Source: Candidatus Omnitrophota bacterium (GTDB lineage Bacteria > Omnitrophota > Omnitrophia > Omnitrophales > Aquincolibacteriaceae). Taken from it: 45,171 nt of DNA. The notes below the pieces were generated by a model. That model worked only from the letters and a program-made list of their open reading frames with translations. It ran no database searches and was not told where the DNA came from. A program made the position numbers and the translations under genes. The stretch is from contig JAZDJU010000106.1 of NCBI GenBank assembly GCA_043803685.1, forward strand, positions 1 to 45,171. Direction: 5' to 3'. Of this stretch, positions 26,165 through 35,529 are shown one piece after another (the stretch's first letter is position 1; each line of letters starts with the position of its first letter).

Positions 26165-28656
26165 TCAACTTCGGGGATCTTTTCACGATCTTTAAGCGGG
26201 AGAACAAGGCCTACTTTAACTCTCCGATCGCGTATATCTTTATCATCGTTTTCGTTCTGCTCGCGAACGGCCTTTTCATGACGCAATTCTTCCTGATGGG
26301 ACGTGCGGACATGCGCCCATTCTTTGGGACCCTTCCCATGATCCTGGCGGTTTTTCTTCCCGCGGTCACCATGCGGCTTTGGGCTGAGGAAAAGAGGGGG
26401 AACACGCTGGAGCTTTTGCTGACGTTCCCCATGCGGACCCACGAATTGGTGCTCGGGAAATTTGTCGCAAGCCTGGTCTTCTATCTTGTGGCTTTGGCAT
26501 CGACGGTCATGATCCCGGTCATGTTGTTCTTCCTCGGGAAGCCGGACTTTGGGGCCATGGTGAGCGCTTACATGGGCGCGGTCCTTCTTGGCGCATTTTT
26601 TCTTTCGATCGGTATTTTTATTTCGGGGATCGTTAAGGACCAGATCGTTGCTTTCATTCTGGCCATGATGGTCTGCTTCTCTCTCTATATGGTCGGGACC
26701 GGATTTTTTGCCACCGCAGTGGATGGCTGGATTCCGGGGATGGGCTCCTTTCTCCGGAATTTCCTGGGAGTGACGCGTCACTTTGATTCTTTTGCTAAAG
26801 GGGTTGTCGACAACCGGGATGTTGTTTATTTCCTGCTCGGTTCGGGCATTTTTTTGACGCTGAACGGTTTCTGGCTGGAAGGGCGCATGCGTCCCAAGGC
26901 CAAGGCCATATTTTCTTCTGCGGCACTGGTGTGTGGCGGGATCTTTTTGATGGCGAATTGGCTACTCGCGGAGATCCCGTTGGGTCGCTTCGATATGACC
27001 CAGGGACAGATCTATACGATCTCGCCCTGGACGGGAAAACTTCTGCAAGGGTTGAAGGCCCCCGTGACTGTTAAACTCTACATCTCGCCTTCCGAAAAAA
27101 TGCCCACAGGCATGAAAGCTCTTGAGCAGGAGATCGTGGATAAGCTCGATGAGTTTCGCGTCGCCGGGGGCGGGAAGTTCCAGTATAAGATCTTTCACAT
27201 GGAAGCTGCGAACGTGACCGAGGCCGGCAAGCAGAAAGAGGACTCGCTAGAGCAGCAGCTTTCCGAGAAAGGGATCAAGCCCTTCCAGGTCCAGTCCATC
27301 CAGGCGGACGAGGTCGGGATGAATCTGGTCTATTCCGCGATCACAATGAGCTATAAGGAAAAACCCACGGAGATCATCGGGCGAGTCATTCCGGATAACA
27401 TTGCCGAACTCGAATATCTTCTGATCTCGAGGATCTACCGGATGATGCTTCCCGAGCCGCCCCAGGTGGCGCTCGTGGCTCCCTACAAAGAAAAAGAAGT
27501 GGAAGCCGAGCTCAAGCCGCTTTTGGCTCAATTGGGCGGGAAGACTCCTGAAGGATACAAAGAAGATAACTACGAATTGTTGCCGATGGCTCTCGGTTAT
27601 GCGGGATACAAAACTTCACGGATCAAGTTGACGGAAAAAGAACCGATCCCGGAGGGGACGAAGACTTTGATCGTGGTGGATCCCGAGCGTCTCGAGGACC
27701 GGCAGCGTTATGAGATCGACCGCTTTCTTGCGGGCGGTGGCTCTCTCTTTCTTGCCGTTCAGGACTACGAATACAACTATGCTTTATCAGGCAAAGAGTT
27801 ATCTGTTGGCGCGACGGAAAAAAAGCCACAGATCAATTCCTTGATCGCGGGTTGGGGATTCGAAGTGGACGACCAGATCCTGGTCGATGAGCAGAGCGAT
27901 GTGGTGAGCGTCAGCGGCGCGGCGCGCCTGGGGCCTTACGAACTTTCCGTGCCGGTCAAGATCCCGATCCAGATCTTGATCACCCAGGCGGGCATGAATC
28001 CCGACGTTTCGATCACCTCACGCCTTTCGCCGATCTTCTATTTGTGGGGGACGCGATTGAAATTGAACGAGGCGAAGATCAAATCTCAGGGGCTGAAGGT
28101 GGAAACGCTTCTAACATCCACCAAGGATTCCTGGACGGTGCCCTTTAAAGCCGAGAACCTGACTCCTCAAGATCTGAATCCTCTTGCGGACAGTCCGCAC
28201 GGTCCCTTCCCGTTGGCGGTCATGGCCCAAGGCCTTTTCCAGGACCTTTATGCCGGAAGACCGGCGCCAGCCTGGCCGAAGCCGGGAACTTCAGAGGCGG
28301 AGAACAAGGCTATTGAAGCACCGCAGCCCGCGCCTCTTGAAGTGAAGTCGGGGAAAATGATCCTGGTCGGAGCCTCTTCCTTCTTTCAGAAGCACTTACT
28401 CCGCAACAGCGGACATCTGACATTTTTTCTGAATTGCGTCGATGCCCTCACGCTTGGGGACGAACTTGTACGGATCCGGTCGAAACAACCCATTGAGCGC
28501 TCGCTCAGCCGGATGTCTTCGGGGTCCAAAGTTCTGTGGCGCTTTCTGGCGACCCTTCTGGTTCCGATCCTGATCGCGTTCATCGGTATTGTGAAAGGCG
28601 TGATCAAGAGACGTTCAAAGCAAGCATACCTGAAAATGCTGGCGCTCGTCGAATAG
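26161..28656 (+). CDS. Fused GldF-like ABC-2 permease plus GldG-like periplasmic domain
   Basis: YFNSPIAYIF...TMRLWAEEKRGNTLELLLT (GldF), then RFDMTQGQIYTIS...FFLNCVDAL (GldG) and a C-terminal TM. Confidence 0.85.
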   Translation: MINFGDLFTIFKRENKAYFNSPIAYIFIIVFVLLANGLFMTQFFLMGRADMRPFFGTLPMILAVFLPAVTMRLWAEEKRGNTLELLLTFPMRTHELVLGKFVASLVFYLVALASTVMIPVMLFFLGKPDFGAMVSAYMGAVLLGAFFLSIGIFISGIVKDQIVAFILAMMVCFSLYMVGTGFFATAVDGWIPGMGSFLRNFLGVTRHFDSFAKGVVDNRDVVYFLLGSGIFLTLNGFWLEGRMRPKAKAIFSSAALVCGGIFLMANWLLAEIPLGRFDMTQGQIYTISPWTGKLLQGLKAPVTVKLYISPSEKMPTGMKALEQEIVDKLDEFRVAGGGKFQYKIFHMEAANVTEAGKQKEDSLEQQLSEKGIKPFQVQSIQADEVGMNLVYSAITMSYKEKPTEIIGRVIPDNIAELEYLLISRIYRMMLPEPPQVALVAPYKEKEVEAELKPLLAQLGGKTPEGYKEDNYELLPMALGYAGYKTSRIKLTEKEPIPEGTKTLIVVDPERLEDRQRYEIDRFLAGGGSLFLAVQDYEYNYALSGKELSVGATEKKPQINSLIAGWGFEVDDQILVDEQSDVVSVSGAARLGPYELSVPVKIPIQILITQAGMNPDVSITSRLSPIFYLWGTRLKLNEAKIKSQGLKVETLLTSTKDSWTVPFKAENLTPQDLNPLADSPHGPFPLAVMAQGLFQDLYAGRPAPAWPKPGTSEAENKAIEAPQPAPLEVKSGKMILVGASSFFQKHLLRNSGHLTFFLNCVDALTLGDELVRIRSKQPIERSLSRMSSGSKVLWRFLATLLVPILIAFIGIVKGVIKRRSKQAYLKMLALVE

Positions 28657-28677
28657 AAAAAATAGGGAATCTATCAC

Positions 28678-30069
28678 GTGAAACTAAAACATCTCGCGGT
28701 CTTCGGGGTTCTTCTCATCGTTCTAGCGGCGGCCGTTTTTTTTAAGGCGCAACAGAAACCCGCCGAACTGGCTACAGAAGAATACGTTCCTCTGAATCTT
28801 GCTTTTGACAGCGCCAAGGTTTCGAAGATCGAGATCGGAAAAGCGAAAGACTCCAAGATCGTAGAGATCGTCAAAGATGCGACAGGCGCATGGGTTCTTC
28901 CCACTTTCTTCGGCGCGCGGGCGGACGAAAAAAAGATCCAGGAACTCTTCAAGACCTTTCCTCAGGCCAAAGGGGAGTTACGGGCCAAGGACAAGGCGCT
29001 CTTCCCAGATTTCGGACTTACAGAAGATAAAGCCTACCGGATCGCATTTCTCGATGCTGCAGGGAAGTCTATCTTCACATTACTTGTTGGGCCCAAGATC
29101 ACGCAGTCGGCTTCGGCATTTGTGAGGAAAGCAGATTCCGACCAGGTTTTTTACCTCGGGACGGATTTTTTTGGCAAGATCGGGGTCTATGAGGATCCCG
29201 AAAAAGTGGCGCCCACGAACGATTATTGGGCCAGCTTGATCATGGTAGCTCCGAAGGCAGATCTGATCGACGCGCTCGAGGTCGAACGAACGATTGGCGC
29301 AAAAAAACAGGCGGTCGCCCACGTGCGTCGTGAGACGGATCCGAATGATCTCTCAAAGAAATGGTGGAAATTCGTGAACGCGGGAGTGCCCTTTTCGCCG
29401 GACGCCACGAAGATCAAGCAGTTTTTCAAGATTTTCGAAACAAGCCCCGCATCCAGGGCTTTGGACCCCAAAGCCAAAGATTTCGGTTTCTCCACGCCCA
29501 AGTGGCAAATGAAGCTGCATCAGGACAACGGACAGGAGATCCTCATGACGGCGGGGGCCGAGGATCCCGCGACGCAGGGGATCTATCTACAGATCTCGGG
29601 AGAGCCCGTGGTGTTCCAACTGCCGAAATATTACTTCAACAATCTGGACGTCGATGACAGCAAATTTTTTGGCGACAATCCGTTGTCGGTCGATGCCGAG
29701 AAGATCGAAAAGATCTTTATTCACACACCGACCGGGGAAGTGGTCCTTTCTCCCAATACCGATAAACGGGATGGGGTGGCTCGCTTCATGAAGAGTCTCC
29801 AGGGCCTGAACGTTTCCAAACTTGTTTTTGATCCCAAAGCGAAGATCAATTCCAAATCCGGGCAGTTGAACTGGATCGAGATCAAGAAAATGGGAGTTCC
29901 GGAAACTTTCTTTCTGGACGTTGAAGGAATGCCATTCGAGGGAGGCAAGGAATACCTTGCAGGGAAACGGGACGGCACCCAGTTTTTTCTCATCTCGGAG
30001 AGTTCCTTTAAGAGTCTCTTTGGGGACTTGCAGTCTCTTAAGCCTGCCGCTGAGCCTGCTAAGAAATAG
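28678..30069 (+). CDS. DUF4340-like periplasmic protein
   Basis: N-terminal anchor, repeated W...AD..KI...DFGL/DFGF modules; usual position after gldA/F/G. Confidence 0.7.
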   Translation: MKLKHLAVFGVLLIVLAAAVFFKAQQKPAELATEEYVPLNLAFDSAKVSKIEIGKAKDSKIVEIVKDATGAWVLPTFFGARADEKKIQELFKTFPQAKGELRAKDKALFPDFGLTEDKAYRIAFLDAAGKSIFTLLVGPKITQSASAFVRKADSDQVFYLGTDFFGKIGVYEDPEKVAPTNDYWASLIMVAPKADLIDALEVERTIGAKKQAVAHVRRETDPNDLSKKWWKFVNAGVPFSPDATKIKQFFKIFETSPASRALDPKAKDFGFSTPKWQMKLHQDNGQEILMTAGAEDPATQGIYLQISGEPVVFQLPKYYFNNLDVDDSKFFGDNPLSVDAEKIEKIFIHTPTGEVVLSPNTDKRDGVARFMKSLQGLNVSKLVFDPKAKINSKSGQLNWIEIKKMGVPETFFLDVEGMPFEGGKEYLAGKRDGTQFFLISESSFKSLFGDLQSLKPAAEPAKK

Positions 30070-30119
30070 TTTCCCGAGCAACCTCCTAAAAGCCTGTCCT
30101 GGTATCAAACCCTCGAGCC

Positions 30120-30223
30120 GTCATTGCGGGCCCCGATTTGTGGGGCGCAGCAATTTCTCTCCTAAAATGGGATTGCTTCCCTTGTGTTTTGCTACCGCAA
30201 AACAGCAGCAAGGTCGCAATGAC
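30120..30223. repeat. Palindromic intergenic element GTCATTGCG...GCAAT...ATTGC...CGCAATGAC
   Basis: Terminal IR 30120-30128/30215-30223, inner AGCAAT/ATTGCT, sub-hairpins GCCCC/GGGGC and TGTTTTGC/GCAAAACA; lies between convergent genes. Confidence 0.75.
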
Positions 30224-30313
30224 ATGCAGCCTAAAGGTGTTAGCAATGTTTTTGAATTTACTTTTCGCAACTCGAAACAGACTTTATCGAGCGGAAGCTT
30301 TGCGGCAGGGGCC

Positions 30314-32098
30314 CTAGTTTCTTCCGGACGAGGAGGGCTGGAGCGAAAGCGCTTTGGCGAGGTGCTCGCGGATGCGGGTGTTGCCGGGATCGGTCTTAAG
30401 AGCTTCTTCGTAAACGATCAGGGCTTCGTCCCTTTTGTCTGTTTTCGATAAAAGATCGCCGAGCGCGAGATAGGCGTCGATGAAACGAGGATTTCGACGT
30501 AGCGTTTCACGGTACCAGCGAACGGCATTTTCCGCCTCTCCCCTGGATGCGAATATGCTTCCCAGGTTGTAGCAGGGAGCCGAGAAGGTCGGCAGAAGTT
30601 CCGCGGCTTTCTGATAATGAGGGATCGCTTCTTCGATCCTCTCGAGTCCGTGAAGGCACGAGCCCAGGTAGAAATGGAATTCCGCCGTCTGGGGCTCAAG
30701 AGCTACCGCCTTCCTGTAATATTCGAGGGCTTTTTCAGGGGCACCTTGCTTTTCCTTCAGGAATCCCCAGTTGTTGAAGGCGAGACCGTAATCGGGCTTC
30801 AACCGGACGGCCTCGCTGAAATGAAATTCCGCATCCTCCGCGCGTCCGCTTTGCTCAAGGATCGAACCCAGATTATTATGCGCTAGCCAGGCATCTGGAT
30901 TTTTAGAGAGCGTGTCGCGCCACAGGGACTCCAGGTCCTTGTAGGCGCCGCATTGTTTCCAGCTAAGGCCTCCCAGAAGCATGAGAACCGCGATCCCAAG
31001 AACGATGCGGACCTTTTGTTGTTTTATGAGTCCTGCCATGGCGGAAGTTGCGAGGGCAAAGGGAGCGATCGTGGCGAGATATTGAAAATGATCCGCGACG
31101 AAGGAAAATCTCATCGGAAAGAAACTCCTGAATCCCAGCGCCGGAAGTAGCACTACCCCAAAGATCGCGAAAGCTGTGAAAGGCCCCCGCCCCCATCGCT
31201 TGCGGAAGCTCCAGAGCATGATCAGCAGGAGCATATAGGCCGCTGGAAAGCACCATTGTCCGAGAGAGGCCGTCGTGATCGTCCAGCGCGGGTAGATGAA
31301 GATAAGAGGATGCGGCCAGGCAAGTTTCCCGAGATAGAACCAAAGGGCGCGTCCTGCGATGAGACACCGCTCGGCGAAGGAGAATGTCCATTCACCGGTC
31401 CCGGTGTTAAGGATGTGCCCGCTCTCAAGTCTGAGGGTGATGGCGCTCAAGACAGCGGCTACTGCGAAGAAAGGGATAAGCCGAAGAATATCTTTTCCCG
31501 GGAACCGCTCTTCTTTCCACCCAAGGATCAGCAGGATCACGAGGGGGAGTGTCCCCGTGACGGTTTTCCCGAGGAGCGCGAGAACGAAGAGGCAAAAGGA
31601 CGTGACGTACCAGGGCCAGAGCCTGGACGCGTCTTTCTTGAAGCGGAGATAGGCTAATAAGGAAGAGAGACAAAAGAGCCCCGAGAGGAGGTTCTTGCGT
31701 TCGGTGATCCAGGCTACCGACTCCACCATGACGGGATGGAGGAGAAAGAGGAGGCTCGCGAACCACGCACCGCGGATCTTGAGGCGTTCAAGGAGCTTCC
31801 ACACGAGAAGGGCATTCAGGGCATGAAGAAGGACGTTCACGATATGGTAACCGATGGGGCGAAGCCCCCAGAGATGATAGTCTATCCAGAAGCTCGAGTA
31901 GGTGAGGGGATAATACTGGTCAAGTTTTCCGGGTTGGAACCATATCTCCCAAAGACCCCTGAGGCTTCTTAGTGCGGTATTGCTGGTGACATAGGCGTCA
32001 TCGTCCCAGACAAAGCCCCCGCGTATTGCCGGGAGATAGACGAGCAGGGCAAGTCCCGCCATGAGTCCCAAGCGCCACCGCCACGATAACTGCTTCAT
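30314..32098 (-). CDS. TMTC-like GT-C glycosyltransferase with C-terminal TPRs (paralog 1)
   Basis: FVWDD, YYPLT, HPVMVESVAWITERK and ADHFQY membrane domain; AHNNLG TPR repeats. Confidence 0.85.
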   Translation of the reverse strand: MKQLSWRWRLGLMAGLALLVYLPAIRGGFVWDDDAYVTSNTALRSLRGLWEIWFQPGKLDQYYPLTYSSFWIDYHLWGLRPIGYHIVNVLLHALNALLVWKLLERLKIRGAWFASLLFLLHPVMVESVAWITERKNLLSGLFCLSSLLAYLRFKKDASRLWPWYVTSFCLFVLALLGKTVTGTLPLVILLILGWKEERFPGKDILRLIPFFAVAAVLSAITLRLESGHILNTGTGEWTFSFAERCLIAGRALWFYLGKLAWPHPLIFIYPRWTITTASLGQWCFPAAYMLLLIMLWSFRKRWGRGPFTAFAIFGVVLLPALGFRSFFPMRFSFVADHFQYLATIAPFALATSAMAGLIKQQKVRIVLGIAVLMLLGGLSWKQCGAYKDLESLWRDTLSKNPDAWLAHNNLGSILEQSGRAEDAEFHFSEAVRLKPDYGLAFNNWGFLKEKQGAPEKALEYYRKAVALEPQTAEFHFYLGSCLHGLERIEEAIPHYQKAAELLPTFSAPCYNLGSIFASRGEAENAVRWYRETLRRNPRFIDAYLALGDLLSKTDKRDEALIVYEEALKTDPGNTRIREHLAKALSLQPSSSGRN

Positions 32099-32114
32099 TC
32101 AATCTCCTGCTGAT

Positions 32115-34226
32115 TCAGGGGTTCTTTGGAGAAAGACGGCCCAGGGCATCTTGGGCTTCTGTGTTTTTGGGATCGAGTTTCAGGATCTCGCGGTATTGAG
32201 TCATCGCCTCATCGGGTTTTTCCCGTTTAAGAAGGAAAGACGCGTAATCGCTATGATAAAAGACGGACCCAGGCCCAAAGCGGATCGCGTCGCGGTAATG
32301 GAGGTCTGCTTGATCGAATTGCTTCTTTTCGGCCAGGAAATTGGCGAGGTTATTGTGAGCCACAGCGTGCGAGGGATCGATCTCGAGGGCATTCATGTAA
32401 AGCCCCATCGTTTCGTCGACACGCCCGAGAAGGGTCAAAGCGAAGCCCAGGTTGGCATAAGCGTCCGCAAGCTTACGGTCGAATGTGATGGATTTCCGGT
32501 AGCAACGGATCGCTTCCTCAATGTCACTCTTTTTTAAGTAAGCGGTTCCAAGATTGAGATAAGCTCCCGCGAAATCCGGCTTTAGCTCGATCGCTTTTTT
32601 ATGACGCGTGATCGCTTCGTCCGTTTCTCCCAGTTTGAAGAGAGCCGCCCCAAGATTATTTTGAAATTCCGCGGAATCCGGCTGCAGGCTGACAGCCTCG
32701 CGAAAGCTTTCGGCCGCACGGACGAGGTCCCCCTTTTGTGTCAGCAAAGCGCCAAGATTGTTGAGATTTCCCGGGTGGTTTGTTTTGGGACTGCTCTTGA
32801 TCAGGGCTTCGGCTTCCGGAAAGCGGGAGGTTTCGATCAGCAGCTTGACGAGATTATTGTAGGCAATGATATTCTGCGGCGCGAGACGGAGCGATTCGCG
32901 ATAATGAGCTTCGGCCCTTTCGCGCTGAAGGCGGAGCGATTCACGATAATGCGCATCGGCAGGCGCGATTTCCTTGGCCGCTTCGAGTTCTACGGCTAAA
33001 TTATTATGAGCCATCCAGGCGTTTGGATTTTTCGCGAGAGTGTCGCGCCAAAGGGTTTCACGGTCCATGTAGATCCCGCATTGTTTCCAGCTAAGGCCGC
33101 CCAGGAGGACGAGGACTGTGACTCCGAGAAGCAACCGGACCCTTCGTTGTTTAATGAGTAGGGTCATTCCGGATGTCACGAGGGCGAAAGGAGCAATGAC
33201 AGCCAGGTATTGGAAATGATCCGCTACAAAGGAGAATCTCATCGGGAAGAAACTCTTGAAGCCAAGGGCCGGGAGGAGCGTCACTGCGAAGATCGTAAAA
33301 ACCGTAAAGGGACCTTGGCCCCATCGTTTGCGGAAGATCCACAGGGTTGCCAGAAAGAGGAGAAACGCAGCAGGGAAATACCATTGCCAGGAAACAGCCG
33401 TCGAGATCGTCCACCGCGGATAGATAAAGATAATAGGCTGGGGCCAGGCAAGTTTCCCGAGATAGAACCAAAGAGCGCGTCCGGCAATCAGGCAGCGCTC
33501 TGCGAAGGAAAACGTCCACTCGTCGGTCGCGGTACCGATGATGTGTCCGCTCTCAAGTTTGAGAGTGATGGAACTCAAGACAGCAGCTGCAGCGAAGAAA
33601 GGGATCATCCGGAGGAGTTCCTTCCACGGGAATCGTCCTTCCTTCCACCAGAAGATCAGTATGATCGCCGCTGGCAAGGTTCCCGTGACAGTTTTTGAGA
33701 GGAGCGCGGCGATGAAGAAAAGAAGAGACGCAAGATACCAGGGCCAGGGACTGGACTCTTTTTCTTTAAAGCGGAAATAGGATAATAAGGCTGAGAGATA
33801 GAAGACCCCGGAGAGGACGTTTTTCCGCTCGGTGATCCAGGCCACCGACTCGACCATGACGGGATGAACCAGAAAAAGAAGCCCTGCGAACCATGCGCCC
33901 CGGACCTTGAGGCGTTCAAGGACCCGCCACACAAGGAGGCTGTTCAGAGCATGGAGAAGGACATTGGTCACATGGTAGCCCAAGGGGTGCAGCCCCCAGA
34001 GATGATATTCCGTCCAGAAGCTCGAGTAGGTGAGGGGATAATACTGGTCAAGTCTTCCGGGTTGGACCCAGATCTCCCACAGCCCCCGAAGGCTCCTCAG
34101 AGCCGTGTTCGCGGTCACATAGGCGTCATCGTCCCAGATGAAGCCTGCGCGTAAGGCGGGAAGATAGACCAGGAGCGCGAGCCCCATGAGCCATCCCAAA
34201 CGCCACCGCCACAATAACTGTTTCAT
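32115..34226 (-). CDS. TMTC-like GT-C glycosyltransferase with C-terminal TPRs (paralog 2)
   Basis: Same motifs (FIWDD, ESVAWITERK) and a longer TPR tail. ATG 34226 follows SD CAGGAGA and aligns with the paralog 1 start. Confidence 0.85.
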   Translation of the reverse strand: MKQLLWRWRLGWLMGLALLVYLPALRAGFIWDDDAYVTANTALRSLRGLWEIWVQPGRLDQYYPLTYSSFWTEYHLWGLHPLGYHVTNVLLHALNSLLVWRVLERLKVRGAWFAGLLFLVHPVMVESVAWITERKNVLSGVFYLSALLSYFRFKEKESSPWPWYLASLLFFIAALLSKTVTGTLPAAIILIFWWKEGRFPWKELLRMIPFFAAAAVLSSITLKLESGHIIGTATDEWTFSFAERCLIAGRALWFYLGKLAWPQPIIFIYPRWTISTAVSWQWYFPAAFLLFLATLWIFRKRWGQGPFTVFTIFAVTLLPALGFKSFFPMRFSFVADHFQYLAVIAPFALVTSGMTLLIKQRRVRLLLGVTVLVLLGGLSWKQCGIYMDRETLWRDTLAKNPNAWMAHNNLAVELEAAKEIAPADAHYRESLRLQRERAEAHYRESLRLAPQNIIAYNNLVKLLIETSRFPEAEALIKSSPKTNHPGNLNNLGALLTQKGDLVRAAESFREAVSLQPDSAEFQNNLGAALFKLGETDEAITRHKKAIELKPDFAGAYLNLGTAYLKKSDIEEAIRCYRKSITFDRKLADAYANLGFALTLLGRVDETMGLYMNALEIDPSHAVAHNNLANFLAEKKQFDQADLHYRDAIRFGPGSVFYHSDYASFLLKREKPDEAMTQYREILKLDPKNTEAQDALGRLSPKNP

Positions 34227-34329
34227 TCGTTCTCCTGTTGTACCGTCATGCATTATCGGCTCATTGCGACAAGGGCTAAATCGCTTTCACCGTTTTGACA
34301 CCTCTTATTCTGGTGTATAATCCCGTACG

Positions 34330-35043
34330 ATGAAATTATCTATTATCATTCCGATCTTCAATGAAGTGAATACCCTCGAGGAGATCGTCCGCCAAGTCCA
34401 GTCGGTCCAGTATCCTGTGGATCATGAGATCATTATTGTGGATGACGCTTCGGTCGACAAGACCTATCAAAAGGCCGCGGAGATCCGGACTGAAAATCTT
34501 CGCGAAGGGAAGGAAGTCCGGTTGCTCAAGAATGAAGTGAACCGCGGAAAATCATTTTCCATTCGAAAAGGGATCCAGTCTTCTCAAGGCGATCTCGTTC
34601 TGATTCAGGATGGGGATATGGAATATGATCCCCAGGATATCCCGGGATTATTGGAGCCGATCCTGAAAGGAGAGGCGGATGTCGTTTGTGGCAGCCGGTT
34701 TTTAAAAAAGGCACATCCCGAAGCCATGACCCTGCTGAGTTGGATCGCTAATAAAACGCTTACGTGTCTCACCAATCTTTTGTATGGACTGCGCCTCACG
34801 GACATGGAAAGTGGTTACAAGATCTTTAAAACGAACGATCTGAAAGCTTTGAAATTGCGATCCGAGAGGTTCGAGTTCGATCCCGAAGCCATCGCTCTTC
34901 TCGCACGGAAAGGAGCGCGCATCGTGGAGTTGCCGATCCACTATCATGGACGGACGGTTCGTGAGGGGAAGAAGATCAACGGCATGGATTTTATAGAAGC
35001 CGCCTGGACACTGATCAAATACCGGCTCAAGCCGACGAAGTAG
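34330..35043 (+). CDS. GT2 polyprenol-phosphate glycosyltransferase (DPM1-like)
   Basis: KLSIIIPIFNE, IIVDDAS, NRGK, IQDGDMEYDP, GSRF, LTDMESGYK, FEFDPE. Confidence 0.88.
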   Translation: MKLSIIIPIFNEVNTLEEIVRQVQSVQYPVDHEIIIVDDASVDKTYQKAAEIRTENLREGKEVRLLKNEVNRGKSFSIRKGIQSSQGDLVLIQDGDMEYDPQDIPGLLEPILKGEADVVCGSRFLKKAHPEAMTLLSWIANKTLTCLTNLLYGLRLTDMESGYKIFKTNDLKALKLRSERFEFDPEAIALLARKGARIVELPIHYHGRTVREGKKINGMDFIEAAWTLIKYRLKPTK

Positions 35044-35137
35044 GTTAGCGACTCTTCTGTATAGCAGATTATAGCGCTGTATAGAGAGGTCCTATAATCA
35101 TCATTGTCAATTGACGTTGCTCCAAAACACGATAACC

Positions 35138-35166
35138 TTGACAAGGATTGCTAGTTCGTGTAAGGT
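35138..35166 (+). promoter_or_regulatory. Sigma70-type promoter of the riboswitch/giant-gene operon
   Basis: TTGACA (35138-35143), 17 bp, TAAGGT (35161-35166), about 30 nt upstream of the aptamer. Confidence 0.6.
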
Positions 35167-35198
35167 TCTACTAGGGACAGAAGAGTTAATTGACAAGT

Positions 35199-35275
35199 TG
35201 GTGTAAAGAGCAAACCTGGAGTAATCCAGGGGCGCAAAACCGTGCATCCTTGAAAGGATTGGCAGGTTGCCACCA
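35199..35275 (+). ncRNA. GEMM-I (c-di-GMP-I class) riboswitch, A20 variant
   Basis: P1 TGGTG/CACCA; TAAAGA-GCAAA-CCTGGA-GTAA-TCCAGG-GGCGCAAA-ACC...ATCCTT-GAAA-GGAT...GGTTGC matches GEMM-I layout with a GNRA loop. Position-20 equivalent (35209) is A. Confidence 0.88.
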
Positions 35276-35322
35276 TATGAATACGAGATTTGATGGTGAA
35301 AAAAAATCAGATCAAGCCAGGA

Positions 35323-35365
35323 GCCAGGTAAGGTCAAACTTTATCCTGGCGTTTTTTTTTTTTTT
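35323..35365 (+). terminator. Intrinsic terminator downstream of the GEMM aptamer
   Basis: GCCAGGTAAGGT-CAA-ACTTTATCCTGGC stem followed by G and T14. Confidence 0.8.
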
Positions 35366-35370
35366 AATCG

Positions 35371-35387
35371 AAAGTGCCAGGCACTTT
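35371..35387. repeat. REP-like perfect palindrome AAAGTGCC-A-GGCACTTT
   Basis: 8-bp arms with a 1-nt centre, about 140 bp upstream of the RAYT-fold gene. Confidence 0.7.
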
Positions 35388-35396
35388 TACTCTACG

Positions 35397-35440
35397 ACGG
35401 TCCCAATACTTATCAATTTCAACGGGGTTGAAATTGGGGC
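35397..35440 (+). repeat. 44-nt hairpin element, copy 2
   Basis: ACGGTCCCAATACTTATCAATTTCAACGGGGTTGAAATTGGGGC; stem CAATTTCAAC/GTTGAAATTG. Confidence 0.9.
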
Positions 35441-35529
35441 CGCCCAAACTACCATGTTGGAAATGAAATGGAAAGTTTGGGTGGGCCATTTTGAACCGGT
35501 GGCCGTGAAAGTCGGAAGGGGTGGGCGCC

